Counted from the first letter of the stretch, positions 17,836 to 28,008 are shown. The stretch is DNA of 64,000 bases from Burkholderiales bacterium (GCA_035454685.1 DATIGN010000085.1:33125-97124), one strand, 5' to 3'. The notes: generated by a model not told the origin, from the sequence alone. A program made the numbers and translations.

Positions 17836-17997
17836 CCCCGGCGCGGGCGCGTTAGTTCCCGCGATGGTGAGTTGCCTGGCAAGCCCGTCGAGCTGCTGAG
17901 CGGCTTCCTCGGTCCCGAGGGCGAAACGTATGGGCGGCCGGTGGGGTCGGAGTTACGATAAGTCGGACTTGAGTTCCTTTGAGAGGAGGGACTTCTC

Positions 17998-18948
17998 GTG
18001 AGGAAAGCGCTCGTCGCTCTTCTGCTCGTCGTAACCGGGCCGCTCGCGGCGCAGGAGTTTCCAAACCGGCCCATCCGCCTTATCACGCCAGCGGCGCAAG
18101 GCGGCACCACCGACATCCTCGCGCGCCTTTTTGGCGCGAAGCTTGGCGAGGTGTTCAAGCACCAGGTCGTGGTCGACAACCGCGCGAGCGCGGCCGGGGT
18201 GATCGCCGGCCAGATGACGGCGAGCGCGTCGCCCGACGGCTATACGCTGCTTCTCGCGTATCACCAGCACACGGTGAACGCGGCGCTCAATCCGAAGCTG
18301 CCGTACCACCCGGTGGACAGCTTCACCCCGATCACGCAGCTCACCTCGGCCGGCCTCATGCTCGTGGTCAACCCGTCGGCGCCGGTGAACAACCTGGCGG
18401 AATTCATACAATGGACGAAGAACTTCCAGGGCGCCCTCAACTTCGGCTCCGCCGGCATCGGCAGCGGCGGCCACCTCGCGGGCGAGCTATACAAGCTCAT
18501 GGCCGGCGTCAAGGCCGAGCACATCCCCTACAAGGGCGCCGGGCCGGCGATGGCGGACCTGATCGCGGGGCAGTACCACTTCAACTTCTCCGGCCTGCAA
18601 GGATCGCAGGTGCAGGTACGCGCGGGCCGGCTGCGCGCCATCGCGGTGACAACGCCGACGCGTTTACCCTCAAATCCTGACTTGCCGGCAATGGCGGAAG
18701 CGCTGCCGGGCTTCGAAGTGGTCGGTTGGTACGGCGTAATCGGGCCCGCCGGCATGCCCGCACCGATCGTGGCGCGGCTTCACGAAGAGCTCGTGAAGAT
18801 CCTCAATCAGCTCGACGTGAAAAGCCGAATCGAATCCGACGGCTCGCAGCCCGTCGGCAGCTCGCCCGAAGAGTTCCGGCGCTTCATGCGTGCTGATATG
18901 GAGAAGTGGGCGAAGCTCGTGAAGGAGAGCGGCGCGAAGCTCGAGTGA
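17998..18948 (+). CDS. Bug/TctC family substrate-binding protein
   Basis: 316 aa. GTG start with GAGGAGGG Shine-Dalgarno, signal peptide, then EFPNRPIRLITPAAQGGTTDILAR, DNRASAAG and PYKGAGP. Confidence 0.9.
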   Translation: MRKALVALLLVVTGPLAAQEFPNRPIRLITPAAQGGTTDILARLFGAKLGEVFKHQVVVDNRASAAGVIAGQMTASASPDGYTLLLAYHQHTVNAALNPKLPYHPVDSFTPITQLTSAGLMLVVNPSAPVNNLAEFIQWTKNFQGALNFGSAGIGSGGHLAGELYKLMAGVKAEHIPYKGAGPAMADLIAGQYHFNFSGLQGSQVQVRAGRLRAIAVTTPTRLPSNPDLPAMAEALPGFEVVGWYGVIGPAGMPAPIVARLHEELVKILNQLDVKSRIESDGSQPVGSSPEEFRRFMRADMEKWAKLVKESGAKLE

Positions 18949-18977
18949 CCCCGGCGTCCCGACCTGGCAGGCCAAGA

Positions 18978-19787
18978 ATGGCTTCGCTGAGCGTCTACCA
19001 CATCCCGGTGTGCCCGTTCTCTCAGCGCCTGGAGATCCTGTTGTCGCTGAAGGGCCGTCGAAGCGACGTCGACTTCCATGTCGTCGACGTCACTCAGCCC
19101 CGGCCCGCATGGCTGCTCGCCAAGACCCGTGGCACCACGGCGCTGCCTGTTCTGGAGACCGCGGCCGGGCAAATCCTCAAGGAAAGCCTGGTCATCCTCC
19201 AGTATCTCGAGGACATCTTCCCCGAGCGCGCCGTGGCTCAGCGCGACCCATACCGCCGCGCCGTGGAGAACATGCTGGCCCGCATGGAAGGCGAGTTCGC
19301 CACCCAGGGGTACACGTTCGTGATGAACCAGATCCCGGCGCGGCGCGACGTCCTTCGCGAGGCGATGCTGACGCAATACGCGCGGCTGAACGCATTCCTG
19401 GTGGAGCATGCTCCGTCCGGGGTGTATCTGTTCGAGGACTTCGGATGGGCGGAGACAGTGTTCACGCCGCTATTCATGCGGTTCTGGTTCCTCGAGTACT
19501 ACGAGGACTTCTACTTGCCCGAGGGCAACGAATACGCACGGGTGCGCAGGTGGCGCGACGCTTTGATCTCGCAGCCGGCCGCGCAGCAGGTCACGAAAGA
19601 GCAGATCGTGAAGCTCTACTACGACTACGCCAAAGGCGCGGGAAACGGCGCGCTGCTCCCGGGTCGGGCGCAATCGTCATTCGTGTTCGCGCCCGACTGG
19701 AGAACCCGTCCGTGGCCGCCCAAGGACAAATACGGGCACAGTGCCGACGATGCGGAGCTGGGTCTGTTTCCGGAGAAAGGCTCCTGA
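18978..19787 (+). CDS. glutathione S-transferase family protein (CPFS active-site type)
   Basis: Track ORF trimmed to ATG 18978. MASLSVYHIPVCPFSQRLEILL is a thioredoxin-like GST N-domain with a catalytic Cys, followed by a helical C-domain. Confidence 0.85.
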   Translation: MASLSVYHIPVCPFSQRLEILLSLKGRRSDVDFHVVDVTQPRPAWLLAKTRGTTALPVLETAAGQILKESLVILQYLEDIFPERAVAQRDPYRRAVENMLARMEGEFATQGYTFVMNQIPARRDVLREAMLTQYARLNAFLVEHAPSGVYLFEDFGWAETVFTPLFMRFWFLEYYEDFYLPEGNEYARVRRWRDALISQPAAQQVTKEQIVKLYYDYAKGAGNGALLPGRAQSSFVFAPDWRTRPWPPKDKYGHSADDAELGLFPEKGS

Positions 19788-19820
19788 CCCCTTTTTCAAG
19801 AAAAGGGTCCTGACCCTTTT
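19786..19820. terminator. bidirectional hairpin / REP-like palindrome between convergent genes
   Basis: GACCCCTTTT (19786-19796), AAAAGGGTC (19801-19809) and GACCCTTTT (19812-19820) can form alternative hairpins on either strand. Lies exactly between the GST stop (19787) and the permease stop (19819). Shares the CTGACCC core with the palindromes at 27941-27995 and 32969-32995. Confidence 0.5.
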
Positions 19821-20550
19821 AGCGGGTAGCAGCGTAGTACTCGACGCGGCGCTCGAGGTAGGCGATGGCCTCGGACACGGCGAAGGCGAAGAAGAACACG
19901 GTGACAACCAGCGCCCAGAACTCTTCCATCAGGAAGTTGTTCGAGTAGACCTCGAAGAGCTCGCCCACGCCGATGATCGCCACCAGCAGCTGGCCGATCA
20001 CCACGCCCTTCACGCCGCGGATCGCCCCGAGGCGGACACCGGCCAGAATTTCCGGCAAGGCGCTCAAGAGCAGGACCTTGGCATAGAGCTGGCCGCGGGT
20101 GGCGCCGAAGGAGCGCGCCATCTCGACGAGCGAGCGGTCGGCGTGGGTGATGCCGACCTGGGTGTCGAGGATGATGACGAACACGGCGAACAGGAACACG
20201 GTGACCACCACCGTGGTCTCGCCGATGCCGACCACTGCCATCAGGATCGGTACCAGCGCCGAGATCGGTGCGCTCACGAAGATGTTGACCCACATGCCGA
20301 GGATGCGGCCGACGCTCTTCACGCGCGCCATCGCGATGCCGAGCGGGATGCCGACCGCGAGCGCGAGGCCCATGCCGAGGGCGAACGATCGCAGCGAGAT
20401 GATCGCCGCGTGCTGGAACTTGGCGCTCGGCACAAGCTCGATGCCGGCCTCGACCACCGCGCTGAAGGGCGGGACGATGGTCGAGAGCTTCGCCCGGCCG
20501 ACCGCCTCCCAGAAGAGGAACCACAGGGCGAGCGAAGCGAGGATCTTCAT
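19819..20550 (-). CDS. ABC transporter permease (NitT/TauT/SsuC-type)
   Basis: Track ORF 19819-21042 trimmed to ATG 20550 (ATGA overlap with the ATPase stop). 243 aa with about 6 TM helices and the EAA-like loop LVEMARSFGATRGQLYAKVLLLSALPEI. Confidence 0.85.
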   Translation of the reverse strand: MKILASLALWFLFWEAVGRAKLSTIVPPFSAVVEAGIELVPSAKFQHAAIISLRSFALGMGLALAVGIPLGIAMARVKSVGRILGMWVNIFVSAPISALVPILMAVVGIGETTVVVTVFLFAVFVIILDTQVGITHADRSLVEMARSFGATRGQLYAKVLLLSALPEILAGVRLGAIRGVKGVVIGQLLVAIIGVGELFEVYSNNFLMEEFWALVVTVFFFAFAVSEAIAYLERRVEYYAATR

Positions 20551-21335
20551 ACGTACTGCCTCAGGATGCCCCAGATCTCGTCGACCGTGTCGAGGTAGTT
20601 GCGGTCGCGGCGGATCTCGTCGGCGCTCTTCGAGCGGTCGATTTCCGGGCGTACGATCCTCGACACCGTGCCCGGGCGCGGCGAGAGCAGCGCAATCTGG
20701 TCCGAGAGGTACGCCGCCTCCTCGATGCTGTGGGTGACGAAGATGACCGTCTTCTGGTGGTGGCGCAGGAGGTCGAGCAGGTCTTCCTGGAACTTGCGCC
20801 GCGTCTGCTCGTCGACCGACGAGAACGGCTCGTCCATGAGGATGATGTCTGCGTCCACGGTCAGCGCGCGCGCCAGGCCTACACGCTGGCGCATGCCGCC
20901 CGAGAGCTGGTTCGGGTAGCGGTCCTCGAAACCTTTCAGGCCGACTTCCGCGATGTACTTGCGCGCCAGTTCCTCGCGCTCGGGCCGCGCCACGCCGCGC
21001 AGCTCCAGGCCGAAGCCGACGTTGCGCAGCACGCTCGCCCACGGCAGCAGCGCGAAGTCCTGGAACACGAACGCACGCTCCGGCCCGGGGCCGTTCACGG
21101 ATTTGCCCTTGACGAGGACTTCTCCGCCGCTGCGCGGGAGCAGGCCGGCGATGATCTTGAGGAGCGTGGTCTTGCCGCAGCCGCTCGGCCCGAGCAGCGT
21201 CGAGAGCTGGCCCTTGGGGAAGCTGAGGTTGACGTCCCGCAGCGCCTCGAGGCCGTTGTCGTAAACCTTGGCCACGCCCCTGACTTCGACTTCAGTCACG
21301 GGGGAAGAGCCTCGATTCGAGCCTTTGCAGTGCAT
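20547..21335 (-). CDS. ABC transporter ATP-binding protein (NitT/TauT-type)
   Basis: Walker A GPSGCGKTT, signature LSGGMRQRV, Walker B IILMDEPFS. An alternative GTG start at 21299 gives a shorter overlap with the upstream permease. Confidence 0.9.
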   Translation of the reverse strand: MHCKGSNRGSSPVTEVEVRGVAKVYDNGLEALRDVNLSFPKGQLSTLLGPSGCGKTTLLKIIAGLLPRSGGEVLVKGKSVNGPGPERAFVFQDFALLPWASVLRNVGFGLELRGVARPEREELARKYIAEVGLKGFEDRYPNQLSGGMRQRVGLARALTVDADIILMDEPFSSVDEQTRRKFQEDLLDLLRHHQKTVIFVTHSIEEAAYLSDQIALLSPRPGTVSRIVRPEIDRSKSADEIRRDRNYLDTVDEIWGILRQYV

Positions 21336-22038
21336 AGAGAGAAACCGCGGCCACGGCGACGATCGAGGCGATCGCGGCGAACATCTTCGGGTAATCGGCG
21401 ACCGAACTGTTATACGTGATGAGGTCGCCGATGCCGGTCGGCGTGATGAGGAGCTCGGCGATCACGATGCCGATGAAGCCCATCGCGAGCCCCAGGCGCA
21501 GGCCGGTGAAAATCAGCCCGGCCGCGCTCGGCAGAACGATCTTCACTACTTCCTGGCGCCGCGTGCCCTGGAATGAGCGGCACATCTGAAGCAGCGACGG
21601 GTTGGTGTTGCGGATCCCCTTGTAGGAGTTCATCACGATCACGGGCGCCGCCAGCATGATCACGGCGAGCACTTTCGAGGTAAGACCAATTCCGTACATG
21701 TAGGTAAGGAGCGGGATGATGGCCGCCATCGGCGCCGCCTGCAGGATGATGAAGATCGGCAGCGACAGCCATTCCACCGAGCGCGAGAGGCCCATGCCGA
21801 CGCCGAAAGCGATGCCGACCGCTGCGCAGAGCGCGACGCCGATGAGAAGCGGCTCGAGCGTGATTAGATAGGCCTTGCCCAGGCTGCCGTCCCTCAGCAT
21901 TTCAACCAGCGCAAGAAAAGTCGTGCTGAACGGCGGAAAGGCGGGGCTTACCGGCCAGCGGCCGGCGAGTTCCCACAGTCCGAAGAAAAAAACGAAAGAG
22001 GCCAGCTGCCAGGCGCGCTGGCCGGAGGTGCCCTTCAA
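21292..22038 (-). CDS. ABC transporter permease (NitT/TauT/SsuC-type)
   Basis: 248 aa, multi-TM, with the EAA-like loop LLQMCRSFQGTRRQEVVKIVLPSAAG. Paralogue of the 19819-20550 permease. Confidence 0.85.
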   Translation of the reverse strand: MKGTSGQRAWQLASFVFFFGLWELAGRWPVSPAFPPFSTTFLALVEMLRDGSLGKAYLITLEPLLIGVALCAAVGIAFGVGMGLSRSVEWLSLPIFIILQAAPMAAIIPLLTYMYGIGLTSKVLAVIMLAAPVIVMNSYKGIRNTNPSLLQMCRSFQGTRRQEVVKIVLPSAAGLIFTGLRLGLAMGFIGIVIAELLITPTGIGDLITYNSSVADYPKMFAAIASIVAVAAVSLYALQRLESRLFPRD

Positions 22039-22042
22039 AGCG

Positions 22043-23002
22043 TTACTTCAGCCTGGACAGCGCCGTTTTCAGCGGCGCGAGGTGCCAGTAGTCCTCGACC
22101 TTCGGGTTTTCCTTCTTGATCGAACCCGAGAGCGCGTAGAACTCGAGGTCGTTTCTCGCCGCGTTCTCGCCACCGCCGTCGTTCGGGAATATCCCGTCGG
22201 CCACGCCGTCCTTGAAGTACGGAAGGATGTCGCCCTCCAGCTTGGCCGGCAGGTCCTTGAGCAGGCCGAGCTGCTTGCGCGCCGCGACGATCGAGTTCGG
22301 GTCCTTGTTGATCTCGCGGTTCACTCGCACCAGCTCCTCGAGGAACAGCGACACCGCTTGCTCGTTTTTCTGCAGCCAGTCCAGGCGCGCGAACAGCGAC
22401 TCGTCGCTCGCCTTCACCTGACCGAGCGGCAAGATGGTGAACTTGCCCGGCGCCTCGCGCATCAGGAAGTTCTTGTTGGTGGCGTCGAGGATCGAGGCGC
22501 GGATGTTGCCCTTGATGAGCGCGAGCGCGCGCACGTTGGAGCCCGGCACGTAGCTCACGTTCTTGTACTTGATGCCGTGGGTCTTCGCCATGAGCAGCAT
22601 GATCGCCTCGGTGCCGGTGCCGCGCCCCTGCACCGCGATCTCCTGGCCGTCGAGGTCCTTCCAGCTCTTGTAGAACTCGTTGTTGACCACCGGGAAGAAC
22701 TGCAGCGACCACAGCTGCGCGATGAAGCGCACCGGCACGTTCACTTTCTCGATCGCGGCGTACGGCGTGCCCTGGCCGATGTCGGCCTGGCCGTTGATCA
22801 CCGCCTGCGTGGCGATCTCCTCGTTCTTGAACGAGGTCACCTCGACCTCGACGCCGCGCTTCTTGGCGCGCTCGGAAGCGACGAGCAGAATTAGATCGTC
22901 GATGCCGATCACGTCGCCGAGGGCGTACTTGATCTTGGTCTGGGCGAACGCCGTTCCGGTCGTCAAGACCAGCGCGGCCGATATCGCGAGCAGCTTCTTC
23001 AT
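22043..23002 (-). CDS. ABC transporter periplasmic substrate-binding protein (NMT1/SsuA-like)
   Basis: 319 aa. Signal peptide MKKLLAISAALVLTTGTAFAQ. Position and size fit the binding component of the adjacent NitT/TauT-type importer. Confidence 0.8.
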   Translation of the reverse strand: MKKLLAISAALVLTTGTAFAQTKIKYALGDVIGIDDLILLVASERAKKRGVEVEVTSFKNEEIATQAVINGQADIGQGTPYAAIEKVNVPVRFIAQLWSLQFFPVVNNEFYKSWKDLDGQEIAVQGRGTGTEAIMLLMAKTHGIKYKNVSYVPGSNVRALALIKGNIRASILDATNKNFLMREAPGKFTILPLGQVKASDESLFARLDWLQKNEQAVSLFLEELVRVNREINKDPNSIVAARKQLGLLKDLPAKLEGDILPYFKDGVADGIFPNDGGGENAARNDLEFYALSGSIKKENPKVEDYWHLAPLKTALSRLK

Positions 23003-23011
23003 CTTCTCCTC

Positions 23012-25126
23012 CTAGGTTTTCAGGGCTTGTTGTACCCGTTCGGGCGTGAACGGCATATGGTACAGCCGCTTGCCGGTGAGCTTGTAGAACGCGCTCGCCA
23101 CGGCCGCCGCGACCCAGGGGTTGCCGATCTCCCCGAGGCCGGTCGGCCGCTCGTCGGGGCGGTCGATGAAGGCAACCCCCATCGTCTCGGGAACGTCCGC
23201 CATGCGCAGGAGGTGATAGTCGTGGAAGTTGCTCTGTTGCACTACTCCTTCCTTCACCGTCACGCGCTCGTGCAGCACGCTCGATAGGCCGTACAGGATA
23301 CCGCTCTCAATGTTGGCGCGCGCCATCTCGGGCTGCACGATGAGGCCGCCGTCCACCGCAAGCCACGTCCTGTGCACCCGGATCTTGCCCGAAGCGCGGT
23401 CGACCGAGATTTCGGCCACGCCGGCGCCGAGCGAGCCCGAGCGCTCGCTGATCGAGACCCCGAGCGCGCGGCCCTGCGGCCGCGGCGCCTTCCAGTCCGA
23501 CATCTGAGCGACTCTTTCGAACACGGCCCGCGCGCGGGGACTGATATGCATTCTCTCTTTTCTGAATTCAATCGAGTCCATGCCCTCCGCGGCCGCCAGT
23601 TCGTCGACGAAAGATTCGATGGCGTAGACATTGAAGACGTGCCCTACCGCGCGCCAGTGCTTCAGACGGATGCCGTGCGAAACGCCGCGGGATTCGATGA
23701 ACTGGTTCGGCACCTGGTAGTAGGGGATGCGGATTCCGGTCTGCAGCAGCGCGCCGCCGTCACCCACCACGCAGTGCGTCCAGCCGCTCACCTTGCCGTC
23801 CTTGTCCAGCGCCGCCTGCAGACATTGAAACGCCTGCGGCCGGAACATGCCGTAGCCCAGGTCCTCCTCGCGCGTCCACACGAGCTTCACCGGCCGCTTG
23901 GCCTCGCGCGCGATGCGCGCCGCCTCGGCGGAGTAGTCGCCGAGCGAGCGACGGCCGAAGCCGCCGCCCATGTAGCACTGGTGCAGCGTCACCTGCTGCG
24001 GCGAGAACCCGAGCGCTCTTGCGATCGCCGCGCGCGAGCTGCCAGGGTCCTGCGTGCCTTCCCACACTTCCACGTGGTCGCCGGCAGCATTGAAGCGCGC
24101 CACCGCATTGAGCGGCTCCATTTGCGCGTGGTACCCGTAGTCGCTGAAGTACTCGGCTTTGTAGGTCTTCGCCGCCGCGCCGAACGCGCTCTTCGCGTCG
24201 CCCTTGGCGTCGAGGGTCTGCGTCTTGGCGTTCGGATCGGAATGAACCTTCACGTAGGTCTCGTTCAGGTTCTTCTCTGAATCGAAACCGTCGGCGGCGC
24301 CTTTCTGCCATTTGACGTCGAGCGCCTGGCGAGCCGCCAGCGCGTGCGGCAGGCTGTCGGCCAGCACCCCTACGCCGTCGGGCAGCCTGAGGGTGCCGAT
24401 CACGCCTTTCATCGACTTCACCTTGGCTTCGTTCCAGCTCTCGGGCGCTCCGCCGTGAACCGGCGAGTGGCGTACCGTCGCGTACGCCATCCCCGGCAGA
24501 GCCACGTCGATCGCGTACGTTGCAGTGCCGTTCACCTTGAGCGGCGTATCGCGCCGCGGCATCGGCTTGCCGATATAGCGGAAGTCCTTCTTGTCCTTCA
24601 GCTCGCTCTTGTCGACTGCGGGTAGCGGCGAGGGCACTTTCGCGAATGCCGCGATCTCGCCGTAGCTCAGCTTCTTCCCGCTCGTATCGATGACGAAGCC
24701 GGGCTCGGTCCTGAGGCTTTTCACATCGGTTTTCCAATGCTCGGCGGCATTGGCAAGCAACACCTTCCGTACCTGCGCGCCGGCGGTCCGCAGGTCGTTG
24801 TAGTAAAGCATCACCGCGCGGCTGCCGACGATCGCCATCGCTTTCGAGTTCTGGAAGGTGTAGCCGTACATCGCCGGGTCGGCGGGCGCCCACTCGATCT
24901 TCACTTTCGACCAGTCGGCATCCATTTCGTCGGCGAGGATGAGGGGCAGCGAGGTCATTGAGCCCTGGCCCATTTCGGCCCCGGTGCTGAGGATTGTCAC
25001 CGTGCCGTCGGGCGCGATGCGGACCCAGGCATTCAGCGGTCTTGCAGCGTTCGCTTCGGAAATTGCCGGGAACGTGAATGCAAATGCGAGGCCGCCGCTG
25101 ACTTTGAAGAAATCTCTGCGGTCCAT
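23012..25126 (-). CDS. molybdopterin-binding subunit of an IorB/aldehyde-oxidase-type dehydrogenase
   Basis: 704 aa. Twin-arginine leader MDRRDFFKVSGGLAFAF. GAEMGQGSMTSLP, GGGFGRR and the overall length match the xanthine dehydrogenase family beta subunit (isoquinoline 1-oxidoreductase-like). Confidence 0.9.
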   Translation of the reverse strand: MDRRDFFKVSGGLAFAFTFPAISEANAARPLNAWVRIAPDGTVTILSTGAEMGQGSMTSLPLILADEMDADWSKVKIEWAPADPAMYGYTFQNSKAMAIVGSRAVMLYYNDLRTAGAQVRKVLLANAAEHWKTDVKSLRTEPGFVIDTSGKKLSYGEIAAFAKVPSPLPAVDKSELKDKKDFRYIGKPMPRRDTPLKVNGTATYAIDVALPGMAYATVRHSPVHGGAPESWNEAKVKSMKGVIGTLRLPDGVGVLADSLPHALAARQALDVKWQKGAADGFDSEKNLNETYVKVHSDPNAKTQTLDAKGDAKSAFGAAAKTYKAEYFSDYGYHAQMEPLNAVARFNAAGDHVEVWEGTQDPGSSRAAIARALGFSPQQVTLHQCYMGGGFGRRSLGDYSAEAARIAREAKRPVKLVWTREEDLGYGMFRPQAFQCLQAALDKDGKVSGWTHCVVGDGGALLQTGIRIPYYQVPNQFIESRGVSHGIRLKHWRAVGHVFNVYAIESFVDELAAAEGMDSIEFRKERMHISPRARAVFERVAQMSDWKAPRPQGRALGVSISERSGSLGAGVAEISVDRASGKIRVHRTWLAVDGGLIVQPEMARANIESGILYGLSSVLHERVTVKEGVVQQSNFHDYHLLRMADVPETMGVAFIDRPDERPTGLGEIGNPWVAAAVASAFYKLTGKRLYHMPFTPERVQQALKT

Positions 25127-25127
25127 G

Positions 25128-25580
25128 TCAGGCCTCCTTCGACGCGCGCTGGATCGCGGCGATGATGCGGTGGTAGGTGCCGCAGCGGCAGATGTTGCCG
25201 TTCATATGACTGACGATCTCGGCGCGTGTGGGTTTGGGCTTCGACTTGAGGAGCTCGGCGGCCTTCATGATCTGCCCCGACTGGCAGTAGCCGCACTGCG
25301 GCACCTCCTCGGCGACCCACGCTTTCTGCAGGGGATGCGAGGAATCCGGGGATAGCCCTTCGATGGTCAACACCTGGGCGCCCTTGACGCTTGCCAGGGG
25401 AGTTACACATGCTCGCACCGCCTTGCCGTCCACATGCACGGTGCAGGCGCCGCACTGCGCGATGCCGCAGCCGTACTTCGTGCCGGTGAGCTTGAGCTCG
25501 TCGCGGATCACCCAAAGGAGGGGCGTATCCGGCTCTGATCTTGCGGTGACCGGCTTGCCATTCAGAGTAAATGCCGTCAT
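25128..25580 (-). CDS. [2Fe-2S]-binding small subunit of an IorA-type dehydrogenase
   Basis: [11 protein letters not shown]...[11 protein letters not shown]...CGYCQSG...NICRCGTY gives the two [2Fe-2S] motifs of xanthine dehydrogenase family small subunits. I prefer ATG 25580 over the track start 25604. 1-nt gap to the large subunit. Confidence 0.9.
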   Translation of the reverse strand: MTAFTLNGKPVTARSEPDTPLLWVIRDELKLTGTKYGCGIAQCGACTVHVDGKAVRACVTPLASVKGAQVLTIEGLSPDSSHPLQKAWVAEEVPQCGYCQSGQIMKAAELLKSKPKPTRAEIVSHMNGNICRCGTYHRIIAAIQRASKEA

Positions 25581-25603
25581 GCGCGTCCTCCTCGTTGCCG
25601 GCA

Positions 25604-26959
25604 ATGTTACATGCTATGTTTGACGTCGTGACCCACGTCTTCCATCGGGATCCGCGCCTGAAGTACCCACTGGCGGTGCGGGGCGAGGGTGCCTACCTCC
25701 ACGATCGGGACGGCAAGCGCTACCTCGACGCATCCGGCGGCGCCGCGGTATCGTGCCTTGGCCATTCCGACCCGGCGGTGATCACGGCGATCCAGCGCCA
25801 GCTCGAGAAGCTGCCCTTCGCGCATACGTCGTTCTTCAGCAACGAGCCGATGGAGGCGCTCGCCGATGCGCTGATCGCGCGCGCGCCCAAGTCGTTCGAC
25901 AAGGTGTACTTCGTCTCGGGCGGCTCGGAGGCGATCGAAGCGGCGCTCAAGCTCGCGCGCCAGTACTTCGTCGAGAAAGGCGAGCCGCAGCGCGCGCACG
26001 TCATCGGCCGGCGCCAGTCCTACCACGGCAACACCCTGGGTGCGCTCGCCGTCGGCGGCAACGCGTGGCGGCGCAAGCAGTTCGAGCCGCTGCTGGTGAA
26101 GACGAGCCATGTTTCGCCTTGCTATGCGTATCGGGGAAAGCAGGCCGGTGAAACCGACATCGCTTACGGCGAGCGTTTGGCACGCGAACTCGAGGATGAG
26201 TTTCTCCAGTTGAACCCCCAAACCGTTATTGCGTTCGTCGCCGAGACCGTGGCGGGAGCAACGATCGGCGCAGTGCCGCCCGTGCCGGGCTACTTCAAGC
26301 GGGTGCGGGAAATCTGCGACCACTACGGAGTGCTGCTGATCCTCGACGAGGTGATGTGCGGCATGGGCCGCTGCGGAACGCTGTGGACCTTTGAGCAGGA
26401 GGGCATCGTCCCCGACCTGGTCGCAATCGCGAAGGGCCTGGGAGCGGGATATCAGTCGATTGGCGCACTGATGGTCTCCAAGGAAATTGCGGACGCCATC
26501 CAGCGCGGCAGCGGGTTCTTCCAGCACGGGCACACCTACATCGGCCACGCCGCGGCCTGCGCCGGCGCGCTCGCGGTTCAGACGCGGTTGCACGACGATG
26601 GGGTTCTTGCGCGCGTCAAGCCCCTCGGGCAGGCGCTCGAAGCGCGCCTTCGCCAACAGTTCAAGGAAAACCCCTACGTCGGGGACATTCGGGGCCGGGG
26701 GCTTTTTTGGGGAATCGAGCTGGTCGAGGACCGCGCGACCAAGAAGCCGTTCGACCCCAAGCTGCGCATGCACGCTCGCGTCAAGCGCAAGGCGATGCAG
26801 GCCGGCCTCATGTGCTACCCGATGGGCGGTGCCATCGATGGGGTACAGGGTGACCACGTGCTGCTCGCGCCGCCCTTCATCCTGGACGAACCCCAACTCG
26901 ACGAACTTGTGGATAAACTAGGAACCGCGATCGCCACTCTCGAGGAGGAAACGATATGA
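25604..26959 (+). CDS. class III (omega) aminotransferase, PLP-dependent
   Basis: [45 protein letters not shown] and [11 protein letters not shown] (PLP lysine context) are typical of the aspartate aminotransferase superfamily class III. Start is 25604 or 25616. Confidence 0.9.
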   Translation: MLHAMFDVVTHVFHRDPRLKYPLAVRGEGAYLHDRDGKRYLDASGGAAVSCLGHSDPAVITAIQRQLEKLPFAHTSFFSNEPMEALADALIARAPKSFDKVYFVSGGSEAIEAALKLARQYFVEKGEPQRAHVIGRRQSYHGNTLGALAVGGNAWRRKQFEPLLVKTSHVSPCYAYRGKQAGETDIAYGERLARELEDEFLQLNPQTVIAFVAETVAGATIGAVPPVPGYFKRVREICDHYGVLLILDEVMCGMGRCGTLWTFEQEGIVPDLVAIAKGLGAGYQSIGALMVSKEIADAIQRGSGFFQHGHTYIGHAAACAGALAVQTRLHDDGVLARVKPLGQALEARLRQQFKENPYVGDIRGRGLFWGIELVEDRATKKPFDPKLRMHARVKRKAMQAGLMCYPMGGAIDGVQGDHVLLAPPFILDEPQLDELVDKLGTAIATLEEETI

Positions 26960-27921
26960 AGCCGCTCGTCATGCTGGCCGCCGTTGCGGCGGCACTCACC
27001 GGTGCGCCTGCGGCCCAGGCGCAACAGAAGTTCATCACCATCGGCACCGGCGGCGTCACTGGCGTGTACTACGCTGCGGGCGGCGCGATCTGCCGCCTGG
27101 TCAACAAGGACCGCGCCAAGCACAACATCCGCTGCTCGGTCGAGTCGACCGGCGGCTCGGTGTTCAACGTGAACACGATCAAGGCGGGCGAGCTCGACAT
27201 GGGCGTCGCGCAGTCCGACGTGCAGTTCAACGCCGTCAAGGGCGTCGCCAACTTCCAGAAGGACGGCCCGTTCAAGGAGCTGCGCGCGGTATTCGCGCTG
27301 CATCCGGAGCCGGTCACCGTGGTGGCACGCAAGGAAGCCAACATCAAGAGCTTCGCTGACTTCAAGGGCAAGCGCTTCAACGTCGGCAACCCGGGCTCGG
27401 GCACGCGCTCCTCGCTTGAGGAGCTGATCGGTGCGATGGGCTGGAAGCTTTCCGACTTCGGGCTCGCGTCGGAATTGAAGGCCGACGAGCACGGCCCGGC
27501 GCTGTGCGACGGCAAGATCGACGGCTTCTTCTACCTCGTCGGCCATCCCTCGGCCAACATCCAGGACCCGACCACGGTGTGCGGCGCGAAGCTCGTCTCG
27601 GTCACCGGCCCGGCGGTCGACAAGCTGGTGAAGGAGAAGCCCTACTACGCCAAGGCAACGATCCCCGGCGGCTTGTATCCGGGGAACGACCAGCCGACCC
27701 AGACCTACGGCGTGCTCGCGACGTTCGTCTCGTCGTCCAAGGTTCCGGCGGACACGATCTACGCCGTGGTGAAGGGCGTGTTCGACAACTTCGACGAGTT
27801 CAAGAAGCTCCACCCGGCGCTCGCCAACCTCGATCCGAAAAACATGATCAAGGACGGCCTGTCGGCGCCGCTGCACGACGGCGCGGTCAAGTACTACAAG
27901 GAGAAGGGCTGGGTTAAGTAG
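26956..27921 (+). CDS. TAXI-family TRAP transporter solute receptor
   Basis: 321 aa. Signal peptide, then [22 protein letters not shown]...[23 protein letters not shown] is characteristic of TAXI (Imp-like) receptors. ATGA overlap with the aminotransferase. Confidence 0.9.
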   Translation: MKPLVMLAAVAAALTGAPAAQAQQKFITIGTGGVTGVYYAAGGAICRLVNKDRAKHNIRCSVESTGGSVFNVNTIKAGELDMGVAQSDVQFNAVKGVANFQKDGPFKELRAVFALHPEPVTVVARKEANIKSFADFKGKRFNVGNPGSGTRSSLEELIGAMGWKLSDFGLASELKADEHGPALCDGKIDGFFYLVGHPSANIQDPTTVCGAKLVSVTGPAVDKLVKEKPYYAKATIPGGLYPGNDQPTQTYGVLATFVSSSKVPADTIYAVVKGVFDNFDEFKKLHPALANLDPKNMIKDGLSAPLHDGAVKYYKEKGWVK

Positions 27922-27940
27922 ACCAAAGAAAATTCGAGGC

Positions 27941-27990
27941 CAGACCCCGAATTCGTTTGCACTCGCGCGCACGATCGAATTCGGGGTCTG
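27941..27990. repeat. REP-like perfect 15-bp inverted repeat
   Basis: CAGACCCCGAATTCG (27941-27955) and CGAATTCGGGGTCTG (27976-27990) are exact reverse complements separated by 20 nt. A nested palindrome GGGGTCTGACCCC lies at 27983-27995. The element fills the TAXI-permease intergenic gap. Confidence 0.65.
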
Positions 27991-28008
27991 ACCCCCGAGG
28001 GAGGCCGC

